Origin: Trueperaceae bacterium
Lineage (GTDB): Bacteria > Deinococcota > Deinococci > Deinococcales > Trueperaceae
Length of the DNA stretch: 64,000 nt
Assembly: GCA_965214405.1 (NCBI GenBank)
Contig: OZ243956.1
Coordinates: 1,600,001-1,664,000, forward strand
Direction: 5' to 3'
Part shown: positions 37,000 to 46,956 of the stretch, in pieces
Layout: the number at the start of each line of letters is the position of its first letter
How positions within the stretch are numbered: position 1 is the stretch's first letter
Program-made: the position numbers and the translations under genes
The notes under the pieces: model-generated
Told to the model about the DNA's origin: nothing
What the model saw: only the letters and a program-made list of their open reading frames with translations
The model's database searches: none

Positions 37000-38400
37000 T
37001 TACCTGCTAGCAGCCAGCAGCGTTTGGCTCTCCTTGTGTACCCCCTCGAGCCACCCTCTAAAATCATCCAGCCCGCGCCGGTACGTCCTGACGCGGCGTT
37101 CGCGCTTGCCCTCGCCCTTGGTTTTGGGCAGGGTGGGCACCAAACCCCAGTTGGCGTTCATCGGCTGGAAGTTGTCGGCGTTGGCGGTCGCCAAAAAGCG
37201 GACCAAGCCGCCCAGCATCGAAGTCTCGGGGGGCAGCAGGGGGTCTAAACGGAGCGCAAAACGCGCCGCGTTCGTCCCGGCAAGCCAGCCCGTCGCGGAG
37301 GACTCGAGATAACCTTCGGTGCCCGCCAGCACGCCCGCGACAAAGAGCCGCGGGTGCTCGCGCACGTTGAGGTGGGGTCCTAGCAGCTTAGGCGCGTTTA
37401 GATAGGTGTTGCGGTGCATCACGCCGTAGCGGACGATGTCGGCGTCCTCGAGACCCGGCATAAGCCGAATGACTTCTTTCTGGTCGCCCCACTTGAGCCC
37501 CGTCTGGAAACCCACCAAGCTCCACATTCGGCCCCCTACGTCCTCCTGCCGGAGCTGCGCGACGGCGTAGGCGCGCGCGCCCGTCTGGGGGTGCTCGAGG
37601 CCGACGGGTTTCATCGGCCCGAAGCGCGGCGTGTCGGGACCGCGCCGCGCGAGTTCTTCGATGGGCATACAGCCCTCGAAAAACTTCAGCTTCTCCCAGT
37701 CATGCGGCGTGTGCGCTCGCGCGTTCTCGAGGGCGTCTAAAAAGCGCGCGTACTGTTCTTTCGTAAAGGGTAAATTGAGATAATCCGCCTCCTGGTCGTA
37801 GCGCCCTTTGCGGTAAGCAACGTCCATGTTGATGCTGTCAGCGTCAATCACAGGCGCCGCCGCGTCGTAAAAACCCAGAAAGTCCATGCCGACCGTTTTC
37901 TGAATGGCCTGCGCCAGCGCGTCCGAGGTGAGAGGTCCCGACGCAATCACGACGGTACCCTCAGGGATGCGGGTGAGTTCTTCACTATGGACGGTGACAA
38001 GCGGATGCTGCCGGACCGTTTCGGTCACGACGTCCCCGAAGCGCTCACGGTCCACGGCCAGCGCGCCCCCCGCGGGAACCCTCGTCCTTCGCGCGGTGCT
38101 CATCACCAGCCCTCCCGCCAGGAGCATTTCGGCCTGCAGGAGCCCCTTCGCGTTCGTTTCACCCTCGCCGCCAAAGGAGTTCGAGCAGACCATCTCGGCG
38201 AAGCGGTCGGTGTGATGCGCCGGGGTCATCTTGGCGGGGCGCATCTCATAAAGGTCGACCGCCACCCCGAGGCGCGCGGCAGCCAGCGCCGCGTCGCTCC
38301 CCGCCATCCCCGCGCCGATGACCGTTATACGCGGGGGGTGCTCTGGGATGCTGGTTGGGGTACGAGTTTTTGTGTCGTCTTTGTGCGTGAGCTCCATCAT
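37000..38400 (-). CDS. trmFO: Folate/FAD-dependent tRNA m5U54 methyltransferase
   Basis: IGAGMAGSDAA, YEMRP, CSNS, GGALAVDR, FFEGCMPIE, FGPMKPVGL, RYGVMHRNT, EGYLES. Confidence 0.96.
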   Translation of the reverse strand: MMELTHKDDTKTRTPTSIPEHPPRITVIGAGMAGSDAALAAARLGVAVDLYEMRPAKMTPAHHTDRFAEMVCSNSFGGEGETNAKGLLQAEMLLAGGLVMSTARRTRVPAGGALAVDRERFGDVVTETVRQHPLVTVHSEELTRIPEGTVVIASGPLTSDALAQAIQKTVGMDFLGFYDAAAPVIDADSINMDVAYRKGRYDQEADYLNLPFTKEQYARFLDALENARAHTPHDWEKLKFFEGCMPIEELARRGPDTPRFGPMKPVGLEHPQTGARAYAVAQLRQEDVGGRMWSLVGFQTGLKWGDQKEVIRLMPGLEDADIVRYGVMHRNTYLNAPKLLGPHLNVREHPRLFVAGVLAGTEGYLESSATGWLAGTNAARFALRLDPLLPPETSMLGGLVRFLATANADNFQPMNANWGLVPTLPKTKGEGKRERRVRTYRRGLDDFRGWLEGVHKESQTLLAASR

Positions 38401-38448
38401 AGAGCGAGTGTAACAGGGCCTTCTAAAAAGTGCGTGATTCAGCAAAGA

Positions 38449-38478
38449 CAAAAAAGAGGAACCCTCGAGAGGTTCCCC
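38449..38478 (-). terminator. Terminator of the tRNA operon
   Basis: GGAACC-CTCGAGA-GGTTCC stem, followed by a U-tract on the minus strand. Confidence 0.75.
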
Positions 38479-38488
38479 GTCATTTCTC

Positions 38489-38563
38489 TGGAGCCAATGG
38501 TCGGATTTGAACCGACGACCTATCGATTACGAATCGATTGCTCTACCTCTGAGCTACATTGGC
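38489..38563 (-). tRNA. tRNA-Thr (CGT)
   Basis: GCCAATGTAGCTCAGAGGTAGAGCAATCGATTCGTAATCGATAGG...TTCAAATCC...TTGGCTCCA. Confidence 0.96.
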
Positions 38564-38567
38564 GAGG

Positions 38568-38609
38568 TTAGAGGTATCATCTCTAATGCATTAGAGATGA
38601 TACCTCTAA
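38568..38609. repeat. Perfect 42-bp palindrome in the tRNA spacer
   Basis: TTAGAGGTATCATCTCTAATG|CATTAGAGATGATACCTCTAA. Confidence 0.95.
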
Positions 38610-38610
38610 T

Positions 38611-38686
38611 TGGTGGCCAGAGGCGGGCTTGAACCGCCGACACCACGATTTTCAGTCGTGTGCTCTACCGGCTGAGCTATCTGGCC
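38611..38686 (-). tRNA. tRNA-Phe (GAA)
   Basis: GGCCAGATAGCTCAGCCGGTAGAGCACACGACTGAAAATCGTG...TTCAAGCCC...TGGCCACCA. Confidence 0.96.
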
Positions 38687-38789
38687 TCGAGAGGTAACAT
38701 TCGTCAACGAAAGCCGTGCATCTCAATTAAACGATACCTCTAGTTTCACGGAAAGTATCATCCTCTAACCGAAGATGATACCTCCGTCG

Positions 38790-38865
38790 TGGCGGAGCCG
38801 ACGGGATTTGAACCCGCGACCTTCTGCGTGACAGGCAGATATGCTAACCGCTACACTACGGCTCC
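38790..38865 (-). tRNA. tRNA-Asp (GTC)
   Basis: GGAGCCGTAGTGTAGCGGTTAGCATATCTGCCTGTCACGCAGAAGG...TTCAAATCCC...CTCCGCCA. Confidence 0.96.
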
Positions 38866-38880
38866 ACGCAAACGGAGGGC

Positions 38881-38910
38881 ATGATACCCAAGGGTCAGGG
38901 GTGTTGTCAA
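38881..38910 (-). promoter_or_regulatory. Sigma70-type promoter of the Asp-Phe-Thr tRNA operon
   Basis: TTGACA-N18-TATCAT on the minus strand. Confidence 0.75.
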
Positions 38911-38955
38911 TGTGTTTTAGAACCCTCAAGCATCTCTGAACCTGCGTCTATAAAA

Positions 38956-40839
38956 CTAGTCCGTGGCCTCGAGCACCCGCGCTTTGGGAATGACGCCAAG
39001 TTCGTTTAGCGCCCGCCTGATGCCCTTGGGTCCAAAACCCAGCACCTCGTGTTGCGCTTTGGGGTCGCCGTGGGGCACCGCCTGGTCGGGGATGCCAAGG
39101 CGTTTGAGTTTAACAGACGCGCCGTGGTCGAGGAGCATTTCGGCCACGGCTGAGCCTAAGCCACCAGCGAGCGCGTGGTCTTCAACGGTGACGAGCGCGT
39201 CTGCCGAGGCGGCGAGCTCGAGCAGAAGCGCCTCGTCAAGAGGCTTCACAAAGCGCGCGTTGACCACGCCGACGTTAGGGAGGTCGCGGGTCGCGGCAAG
39301 GGCGTACTCGAGGGTCGGCCCGAGCGCCAAAACGTACGCGTCTTGACCCTCTCTGAGCACCTCCCAGCGTCCCCACTCGAGCTCCGGCCAGCTCTCGACC
39401 GACGTGTCAGGGGCGGGCTGGGTGCCGCCGCGCGGCCAGCGAATCGCCTTGGGGCCGCCCAGTTTGAGCGCGGTCTTGAGCATCGACTGCATCTCGGCGG
39501 CGTCTTTGGGCATGGCGACCGACATGTTGGGCAGCGCGCGCAAGTAGGAGATATCGTAGACACCCTGATGCGTCGCGCCGTCGCCGCCGACCAGACCCGC
39601 GCGGTCCACGGCGAAAACGACGTCAAGATTTTCCAAGCATACGTCGTGAACCACCTGGTCATAGCCGCGCTGCAAAAAGGTGCTGTAGATGGCGACAATG
39701 GGTTTTTCGCCCCGCAGCGCCAGCCCCGCCGCCGTGGTGACCGCCACGTCCTCGGCGATACCCACGTCCAAATAACGTTCCGGGTGACGCTTGCTGTAAC
39801 TCACCAAACCGCTCCCCTCGCGCATGGCGGGCGTGATGACCCAGACGCGGTCGTCTTTGTCGGCAAGCTTGATGGCCGCGTCGCCAAAGGCGTCGAACCA
39901 CTGGTAACTTTTGCCCGCATAGACGGGGTTGACGAGGTCGAACTTCGACGCGCCGTGCCAGGTGATGGGGTCGGACTCGGCGATTTTGTAGCCTTTGCCC
40001 TTTTTGGTGACGATGTGGAGCATGGTGGGGCCTTCGAGCTGGCGCACGTGCTCGAGGTAATAGAGAAGCTGGTCGACGTCGTGCCCGTCGATGGGACCCA
40101 CATAACGCACCCCCATCGCGTGAAAGGGGTTCGCGCTCGCGGGGTCCAAAAAGCGCCGCGTCGCCTCTTTGGTGCGGCTGGCTAGGTCGCCCAGAGGTTT
40201 CCAAAGGCTGCTCAGCGCCTCTTTGCCGCTTCTCTCGGCCTGCTGGAACCAGGGCTGCACCTGCAGCGTACGCATATAATGGTTGAGCGCGCCCACGTTC
40301 TCGCTAATCGACATTTCGTTGTCGTTGAGAATGAGCGTCATCTTGGGCTTGACGTGGCCTATCTGGTTGAGCGCGGCGAGCGCCATGCCGCCCGTGAGCG
40401 CGCCGTCACCGATGATGGCGATGACCTCGTAGTCAGCTCCCCGCGCGTCACGCGCGAGCGCCATGCCAAAGGCCGCCGCGAGGCTCGTGCTGGCGTGGCC
40501 GACGGTGAGCGCGTCGTGGGGGGACTCGCTCGAGGCGGTAAAGCCCGCCAGCCCGCCCGGTTTGCGAATGGAGTCGATGCGGTCTTTGCGACCCGTCAGG
40601 ATTTTGTGGCCGTAGGTCTGGTGGCCCACATCCCAGACGAAGCGGTCTCTCGCCGAGTCGTAGAGGTAGTGGAGCGCCACGGTGAGTTCGACCGAGCCTA
40701 AGCTCGAGGCCAAATGCCCGCCCCCGAGCGAACACACGCGAATCACTTCGCTCCTCAGTTCGTCCGCCAGGGTGTGCAGCTCGTCGCGTGAGAGGGCCTT
40801 AACGTCCTCCGGGCTGTTGACACCCCCTAAAACAGACAT
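38956..40839 (-). CDS. dxs: 1-deoxy-D-xylulose-5-phosphate synthase
   Basis: GGHLASSLG, WDVGHQ, GHASTS, GDGALTGG, LNDNEMSI, IYSTFLQR, DRAG. Confidence 0.97.
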   Translation of the reverse strand: MSVLGGVNSPEDVKALSRDELHTLADELRSEVIRVCSLGGGHLASSLGSVELTVALHYLYDSARDRFVWDVGHQTYGHKILTGRKDRIDSIRKPGGLAGFTASSESPHDALTVGHASTSLAAAFGMALARDARGADYEVIAIIGDGALTGGMALAALNQIGHVKPKMTLILNDNEMSISENVGALNHYMRTLQVQPWFQQAERSGKEALSSLWKPLGDLASRTKEATRRFLDPASANPFHAMGVRYVGPIDGHDVDQLLYYLEHVRQLEGPTMLHIVTKKGKGYKIAESDPITWHGASKFDLVNPVYAGKSYQWFDAFGDAAIKLADKDDRVWVITPAMREGSGLVSYSKRHPERYLDVGIAEDVAVTTAAGLALRGEKPIVAIYSTFLQRGYDQVVHDVCLENLDVVFAVDRAGLVGGDGATHQGVYDISYLRALPNMSVAMPKDAAEMQSMLKTALKLGGPKAIRWPRGGTQPAPDTSVESWPELEWGRWEVLREGQDAYVLALGPTLEYALAATRDLPNVGVVNARFVKPLDEALLLELAASADALVTVEDHALAGGLGSAVAEMLLDHGASVKLKRLGIPDQAVPHGDPKAQHEVLGFGPKGIRRALNELGVIPKARVLEATD

Positions 40840-40994
40840 GCGCGCCGCATTTCGGAAAACGTAAGGTAGACCATGCTCAATGCTATCAGACCCACACCGC
40901 AGTTCTTTGTATGCTCCTGCGCGGTCAGGCGTCTCCTCTCTTATGCACGAATCTTGTGCGCGAAATGACTCGAGCCCCTTTGACGCAGCCTCTT

Positions 40995-41705
40995 TTACTC
41001 TCCGGCCGCTCGCGCCGCGAAGTTCGTCTCGACCAGAAAATACCCGAGTTCGGTGCGCACCTCGCCGACGAAGGGGGCGAACCAGAGTTCTTGACTGAGC
41101 GTCTCGAGGGGTTTACCCTCCGCGTCGCGCGTGCTGGATTCGAAATTGAGGACGAACACGTCCAGCGTTCCCGCCGCCACCGTCACGTTGCGCTTGTCCA
41201 CCACCGCGTAACTATACTCGACGGTCAATGACGCGTTTTGGTCGTTCGCGGTGGCCTGGGGAAAGTAGAGGCTGGCGGTGGTCTCGCCGCCCCAGGTCGC
41301 GCCCACTTGCAACGCGTTAGGGGCGGGAAGCTCCTGGAGGGGCGGGTCGAAGGTGATTTGAGTGCCGGGCCTGAGTTCGCGCAGCAGATACACACCGTCG
41401 CCTCTATACTGCCGGAACGCGGTGATGTCGAGACCGCGCCCCACCGTGCGCCACGCGGTCCAAAGTTCGCCCTGGACGAGGGTCGGGCCGTCAACCTTTT
41501 GAAAAAGGCGTGTGGCGTTTAAGGGGTCGCCGTCCGGCAGATACTGCCACACCGCCCCCGTCTCGTGCGGATAAAAGGACACGGGTCCCGTAAGCTGCTC
41601 GACGGTCACGCGCCCCGGCTCGGCGGAGGGCGCGCAGGCGGCGAGGAAGCAAGCGAGCGCCACCAGCAGGAGCGGGAATTTTCGCAAGGTGTTCGGGGTG
41701 TTCAT
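40995..41705 (-). CDS. Lipoprotein of unknown function
   Basis: Lipobox LAA-C; FYPHETGAVWQY, VTVAAGT, WFAPFVGEV. Confidence 0.8.
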   Translation of the reverse strand: MNTPNTLRKFPLLLVALACFLAACAPSAEPGRVTVEQLTGPVSFYPHETGAVWQYLPDGDPLNATRLFQKVDGPTLVQGELWTAWRTVGRGLDITAFRQYRGDGVYLLRELRPGTQITFDPPLQELPAPNALQVGATWGGETTASLYFPQATANDQNASLTVEYSYAVVDKRNVTVAAGTLDVFVLNFESSTRDAEGKPLETLSQELWFAPFVGEVRTELGYFLVETNFAARAAGE

Positions 41706-41979
41706 AGGGGCAATCTAACCCGAACGCCCCGCGCCCCGAGTGAGGTTTTTCAGATATGGCGTTTTTAGGTTTGGTTGACGTGACTGGTTTAGTCAAGCCT
41801 GTTCTCGAGAGACTGGAAAAAGGAGCAAATAAGGTAGAAGGAGGTTGCGAGACGCTGGTCTTGCTGCTTCTATAACGAAGATTACGAGGTTGGGTGCGTC
41901 CACAAACAGCAGAGATCAACACAGCCTAAACTTGTGACGGTTGCGAGACTTTTTGCTGTTCATACCCTTACGCCTACCC

Positions 41980-42549
41980 TTATGGCAGCCCTTGCACCTC
42001 GGCTCGAGTCTCGGCGAACGCCTCCTCGAGCGCGCTAATCTCGATCAAGGCGTCGTCTAAGTCTCGCTCGAGCCTGGGGTCGGCCTCGAGCCGCGAGGCG
42101 TCGGTCAGCACCGCATAGACCTTGCCGCGCAAGGTTTTGAGCGTGGCGACAAAACTCTGTAGCTCACTCTCGACCTCTTCCGCCGCCCGCTTGGTATTGG
42201 CGTACTGGGGGTCGGCGGGCTCGAGCTTGAGCAGGTAGCCTGCGAGCGCGGTGCCGTGGCGGGCGCGGGGCAACGCCCGCGTGACCAGGGTGCGCACCCG
42301 GTCGGCGACCTCGTTGAGTTCACGCGACAGGGCCTTGGGCGCGCCCGCCGCTTGGGCGGCTACGTCGTTGTAAACGGCCAGCGCCTCGCCCATGAGACTG
42401 CGGTAGGGCTGGGCGAGCGCGCTCAGCATGGGCGGCGTGACGGGCGCGCTCGCCTTGGAGCGGCTCGAGCGCACCCCCGAGACGATGCCCCAGACGCCCA
42501 GACCCAGCACGAGGAGCAAAAGTAGGGCGAGTTCTACGCTCAGGGCCAT
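41980..42549 (-). CDS. N-terminally anchored helical protein (Psp-associated?)
   Basis: One TM helix then coiled-coil; 19 bp downstream of pspA. Confidence 0.75.
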   Translation of the reverse strand: MALSVELALLLLLVLGLGVWGIVSGVRSSRSKASAPVTPPMLSALAQPYRSLMGEALAVYNDVAAQAAGAPKALSRELNEVADRVRTLVTRALPRARHGTALAGYLLKLEPADPQYANTKRAAEEVESELQSFVATLKTLRGKVYAVLTDASRLEADPRLERDLDDALIEISALEEAFAETRAEVQGLP

Positions 42550-42567
42550 GAAGGTGGGAAACCGCGA

Positions 42568-43239
42568 CTAGGCATTCGCGTCCGAAAGCTTGGCTTTGAG
42601 ACCGGCGAGTTCCTCCTCAACGTCCGCGTCTAGGCTCAGCTCGGCGAACTCGTCGTCTAGAGTCCGCGAGGCCTCGAGTTCCTCCTCGGCGCTCAGCCGG
42701 TCCTCCATCGAGACGATCTTGCCTTCCATCCGGTCGAACGCCTCAAAGGCGGCGCGCGTGTCCGTTTTGGACAGGGCCGAACTCACCGACTCCTGCGCCT
42801 CCACGCGCCGCTGCCGCGCAATCAGCAGTTGCCGCTTGCGCTCGGCCTCGTCTATCTTGGCGTCGAGCGCGCGGAGCTGCGTCTTGAGCCGCTCGACCAT
42901 CGCCTGGTGCGCGTCGAGCTGCTCTTTCAAACCTCCGGCCAAGTCCTGCGAGGTGTTTTTGCGCTTCAAAGCCTCGCGCGCCAGGTCCTCACGGTCCGAC
43001 TGAAGCGCCTGCTCAGCTTTCTCGAGCCAGTTTCCCGCTTCTTTTTGGTTGGTTTGAAAGTCGCGCTCGAGCTTCTTGCCCTCGGCGATGGCGCGCGTGA
43101 CCTCCATGCGCGCCTCGTACTGCGCCTCGCGCATGTCCATCAGGGTCTGGTTGATGATTTTCTCGGGGTCCTCCGCGCGGGTCAGCATATCGTTCAAGTT
43201 CGCGCGGATAATTGTGCTCATGCGTTCCAAAATACCCAT
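42568..43239 (-). CDS. pspA: PspA/IM30 family protein
   Basis: MGILERMSTIIRANLN...AEDPEK, EDLAREAL, AFDRMEGKI, VEEELAGLK. Confidence 0.93.
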   Translation of the reverse strand: MGILERMSTIIRANLNDMLTRAEDPEKIINQTLMDMREAQYEARMEVTRAIAEGKKLERDFQTNQKEAGNWLEKAEQALQSDREDLAREALKRKNTSQDLAGGLKEQLDAHQAMVERLKTQLRALDAKIDEAERKRQLLIARQRRVEAQESVSSALSKTDTRAAFEAFDRMEGKIVSMEDRLSAEEELEASRTLDDEFAELSLDADVEEELAGLKAKLSDANA

Positions 43240-43379
43240 GTGTCCTCCTTTTGCCCCCGCTTTAGCAACTTGTGTGTCTAGCTTACACCCTCAGGTAACA
43301 TCCCGTAAGCTCCGTCCTGGAGGGTCAATATCTGTTGACTCTGTTTCTGTTGACTTCAGTTCAGACCAGATGCTACTCG

Positions 43380-44321
43380 CTACACCGCCCCCACCGCCCG
43401 GCTCACCTCACTATAAACGGAAGAGTCCTCGGGCGAAAGGCCGTGGAGCATCGCCACATAAGCCGCGACGTGGAGGCTGATGTACCAGAGCACCAGCGCT
43501 CGAGCGCCGGGGTCCGCGACGGCCTCGCCTATCCCGTCATCCGTCCCGCCACCCACACCGCCAAAGGGCAGCGACAGGCGCTCGACCTGCGCCACCCGCG
43601 TGTCCAAAATCTCGCTTGCGAGCCGCGTCTCCTCATCTTGGGGTCCGGCGATGAGCGCCACCACGTCGTCGCCCAGCATGTGCCGCCCCTCGAACGCGCC
43701 CGCGAGCATCCCCAGCGGGTGTTCGCCCGCGGTGAGCGCTAAAAGTTTGCCGACGCGGGCGAACACGTATTGCAGGAGTCCGGGCAGGCCGCTGTCGGCT
43801 CGAGCCGCCACAATCAGCGGCACCCGGTTCCAGAGCGTCCAGGCGAGGGCCTTGGCCGGATTCTCGTTCGTGTGAACCCTAGGGCCGAGCTTGTCGCGGA
43901 GGCTCAGCATCACCTTTTCGGCCTCTCCCAGCGCGTCACCGTGGCCCGTCGCGTGGGCGAGGTAACTCGCGTAGGTGTAGGGGCTCAGCACGCCCTGCTC
44001 CACGTGGAGGTCGGGCTTGTACGCGGCGTAACCCAGCACCACCACCTCCGCCTGAGTCATCTCGGCGTTGAGTTTGAGCGTGCCCAGTTCGCCGTAGTCA
44101 AAGCCCGACGCCAGCATAAACTGCGTGCCCGACACCACCAGAGGCGCGTCCACCCAGCTTTGCAACGCGCGGCTTAGGGGGGCCGTCTCACCAAACCCTG
44201 TCAAGCCGTAGGGTTCGGTGCGGCGTCCGTCGGGGCCGTCATAGGAGCCCGGTAAGGCCCACAGGCGCGCCAAAAAACCACTCTCATCCGCCGCGCTCAA
44301 TTTGTCAAAGTCGTCTAACAT
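43380..44321 (-). CDS. SIS-domain protein (phosphoglucose/phosphomannose isomerase-like)
   Basis: NENPAKALAWTL; TACACT -10 box 7 nt before ATG 44321. Confidence 0.65.
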   Translation of the reverse strand: MLDDFDKLSAADESGFLARLWALPGSYDGPDGRRTEPYGLTGFGETAPLSRALQSWVDAPLVVSGTQFMLASGFDYGELGTLKLNAEMTQAEVVVLGYAAYKPDLHVEQGVLSPYTYASYLAHATGHGDALGEAEKVMLSLRDKLGPRVHTNENPAKALAWTLWNRVPLIVAARADSGLPGLLQYVFARVGKLLALTAGEHPLGMLAGAFEGRHMLGDDVVALIAGPQDEETRLASEILDTRVAQVERLSLPFGGVGGGTDDGIGEAVADPGARALVLWYISLHVAAYVAMLHGLSPEDSSVYSEVSRAVGAV

Positions 44322-44390
44322 AACCCGCAGTGTACGCCCGATTCTGTCCCTCATTTAGTAGCAACCAACGTTGTTATTTCATCTCCGCGG

Positions 44391-45620
44391 CTATTTCGTG
44401 AGGCCACGCCCAAGGTCACGCCGGTACTGCGCACCGGGAAAACCAATCTTCGCCACTCCGCCATACGCTTTATCCAGCGCCGCCCGGAGCCCCGCGCCCA
44501 CCGCCGTCACGCCCAGCACGCGCCCACCCGAACTCACCAGCCGCCCGTCCTGCCAGCTCGTCCCCGCGTGAAAAGCCGTCACGTTGTCTGATTCTGGGAT
44601 GTCCAACGGCACACCCTTTTCGTACGCGCCGGGGTAGCCGGGGGCGGCCATGACCACACAGGCGGCGCTCTCTTGTGACCACCGTAGCGTCATCTCGTGA
44701 AGCCGTCCGTCCAGAAGCGCCTCAAAAACATCCAATAAATCATTCTCCAGAAGCGGCAGCACCACCTGCGTCTCGGGGTCGCCCAGGCGGACGTTGTACT
44801 CGAGCACCCTCACCCCCGCCGCCGTGACCATGAGGCCGATGAAAAGAACTCCTTTGTAAAATAGTCCCTCCGCCTCCAATCCGCGCAAGGTCGGCGCGAC
44901 AACCTCGTCCATCACCTCCGCCCACTGCGCCTCGTTAAAGGGTACCGGAGCCACCGTGCCCATGCCGCCCGTCATGGGGCCGGTATCACCCTCTAAAAGC
45001 CTCTTGTGGTCTTGCGCGAGGAGCATCGGTTTAGCGGTCGCACCGTCTAAAAGGAGTATCAGACTCAGTTCCCGACCTTCTAAAAAATCCTCGATGACGA
45101 GTTCGCCGCCCCGTGTTAGAACGCCCCGCACCGCCTCCTGCGCCTCTTGACGCGCCCGCGCCACCGTTACACCCTTGCCCGCCGCTAAGTTTGAATCTTT
45201 GACAACGATGGGCAGGGAGGCGTGCTCGAGATACGTAAGCGCCACCTCAAGCTCCGTAAACGCCTCGTAAGCCGCCGTGGGCACGCCGTGCCGGGTCATA
45301 AAGGCTTTGGCAAAGCGTTTGGAGCCCTCGAGCCGCGCCGCCTCCCTTCCGGGTCCAACGATGCGCAAACCCGCCGCCTCGAACAGGTCCACCACCCCCG
45401 CGACGAGGGGCGCTTCGGGGCCGACGACTGTTAAATCCACCCCCTCGGCTTCGGCAAGCGCCAGCAGCGCCTCCGGCGTGCTTACCTCCACACAACGCGC
45501 CAAGGGCGAGATACCCGCGTTGCCCGGTGCCGCCAGAATCTCACGCACGCGGGGCGATCGGGCGAGTTTCCAGGCGAGCGCGTGCTCCCGGCCCCCGCCG
45601 CCGACGATGAGCACTTTCAT
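44391..45620 (-). CDS. purD: Phosphoribosylamine-glycine ligase
   Basis: GGGGREHAL, APGNAG, VGPEAPL, LEGSK, LAAGKGV, QDHKR, TGGMG, EYNVRLGDPETQ. Confidence 0.97.
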   Translation of the reverse strand: MKVLIVGGGGREHALAWKLARSPRVREILAAPGNAGISPLARCVEVSTPEALLALAEAEGVDLTVVGPEAPLVAGVVDLFEAAGLRIVGPGREAARLEGSKRFAKAFMTRHGVPTAAYEAFTELEVALTYLEHASLPIVVKDSNLAAGKGVTVARARQEAQEAVRGVLTRGGELVIEDFLEGRELSLILLLDGATAKPMLLAQDHKRLLEGDTGPMTGGMGTVAPVPFNEAQWAEVMDEVVAPTLRGLEAEGLFYKGVLFIGLMVTAAGVRVLEYNVRLGDPETQVVLPLLENDLLDVFEALLDGRLHEMTLRWSQESAACVVMAAPGYPGAYEKGVPLDIPESDNVTAFHAGTSWQDGRLVSSGGRVLGVTAVGAGLRAALDKAYGGVAKIGFPGAQYRRDLGRGLTK

Positions 45621-46222
45621 AAGCGCGTCTCAGGCTGCGGCATACCCGAAAGCACCCGCCGCACCGCCTCGGGATAAGCCTGGTGCTCCTCGGTGAGAAT
45701 GCGCGCCCCCAACGCCTCCACGGTGTCGCCTTCATAAACAGGCACGCGCCGCTGCACGATGACGGAACCCGTGTCCACGCCCGCGTCGACAAAATGGACG
45801 GTGCAACCGGACTCGCTCACGCCCGCCTCGAGCGCCCGCTCCACTGCCCGCAGCCCCGGAAAGGCGGGCAGCAGCGAGGGATGAATGTTGAGGATGCGCC
45901 CTTCGTAGCGCGCGACGAACACGGGCGAGAGCACGCGCATAAAACCCGCTAAGCAGATGAGGTCGATGTTGGAGGACCCCAACGCCCTCACCGCCTCCCG
46001 CTCGAACCCTTCTCGGTCACGTCCAAAAGGGATGTGAACCGCCTCCACGCCCGCCGTTCGCGCCCGCTCGAGCGCCCCCGCCTCCGCGCGGTTGCTGACG
46101 ACCAAACAAACCGACGCCAGGGAATGTTCGGGGGGGAAAGCCTCTAAGAGGGCCGCAAGGTTCGAGCCGCGCCCCGAGGCGAACACGGCCAGACGCGCGG
46201 GACGGGCGAGGGGAAAAGTCAC
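45617..46222 (-). CDS. purN: Phosphoribosylglycinamide formyltransferase
   Basis: SGRGSNL, LAGFMRVL, NIHPSLLP, SGCTVHFVDAGVDTG. Confidence 0.96.
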   Translation of the reverse strand: MTFPLARPARLAVFASGRGSNLAALLEAFPPEHSLASVCLVVSNRAEAGALERARTAGVEAVHIPFGRDREGFEREAVRALGSSNIDLICLAGFMRVLSPVFVARYEGRILNIHPSLLPAFPGLRAVERALEAGVSESGCTVHFVDAGVDTGSVIVQRRVPVYEGDTVEALGARILTEEHQAYPEAVRRVLSGMPQPETRL

Positions 46223-46276
46223 GTTTGATTCTATCTTAGATTTTTGCTCTAGCCGAGAAGCGTTGGGCAAACGCGA

Positions 46277-46906
46277 CTAAATCAAACCCCAAATTTTTAG
46301 CACGCTCAAAAGGGGCGGCAGAGGCTCCTGCCACAACCAAGCGACCTCGAGCCTCAACCCCTCCAGCACCACACTCTTAAACACACCCTCGTCAAGTAAC
46401 GCGGCGCGAAATATACCGTCATCGCCCAGTACGTAGAACTCGGCCTGCTTACGCACGGGGTCAATCAGCCAGTACTCGCGCACGCCGCCGCCCTCATATT
46501 CGTAAAACTTGGCGCCACGGTCGCGGACGCGGCTTTCGGGGGAGATGATTTCTACCGCTAGATCGGCGGGGCCGTCTAAGCGGTTTTCTTTGAGGCGCTC
46601 GAGATGCTCCTTAGCAATAAAAAGAACGTCCGGCTCGCGTCCCGGCAGGTCCGGGCCTGTTTTCATCTGGAAGGGCGCGGGGATAATCACACCCGAGTCG
46701 TGAGTCTCAGCAAAAACTTGTAAAAGAGCGGCCAGGAACCTCACCAACAATTGATGTCTGCTGGACGGCGGACTCATGTAAACTACCTCACCGTCTACCC
46801 ACTCGGCCCACGCAGCTTCGTCGGACTCGAGAAACGCCTCATATGTCATCCGGCGCAGCGCGGGGGAAAGCGTCACGGCGTTGAGCTTTTTTTCCTCCAG
46901 CTTCAT
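46277..46906 (-). CDS. Uma2-family endonuclease
   Basis: EWVDGEV, EPDV, DLAVEIISP, K..EYE..GVREYWLIDP. Confidence 0.9.
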   Translation of the reverse strand: MKLEEKKLNAVTLSPALRRMTYEAFLESDEAAWAEWVDGEVVYMSPPSSRHQLLVRFLAALLQVFAETHDSGVIIPAPFQMKTGPDLPGREPDVLFIAKEHLERLKENRLDGPADLAVEIISPESRVRDRGAKFYEYEGGGVREYWLIDPVRKQAEFYVLGDDGIFRAALLDEGVFKSVVLEGLRLEVAWLWQEPLPPLLSVLKIWGLI

Positions 46907-46956
46907 ACCGACTCCCACCAATCAGTTCCCACCAATCAATTTCCACCAAGCGGCGA

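Noticed and set aside
38564..38789. CRISPR-like repeats between the tRNAs
   Set aside because: The copies are degenerate, inverted and irregularly spaced; reported as a hairpin family instead.
39175..40185. 336-aa plus-strand ORF
   Set aside because: Antisense shadow of dxs, typical of high-GC DNA; the same applies to 49568-50440, 22980-23651 and 51132-51857.
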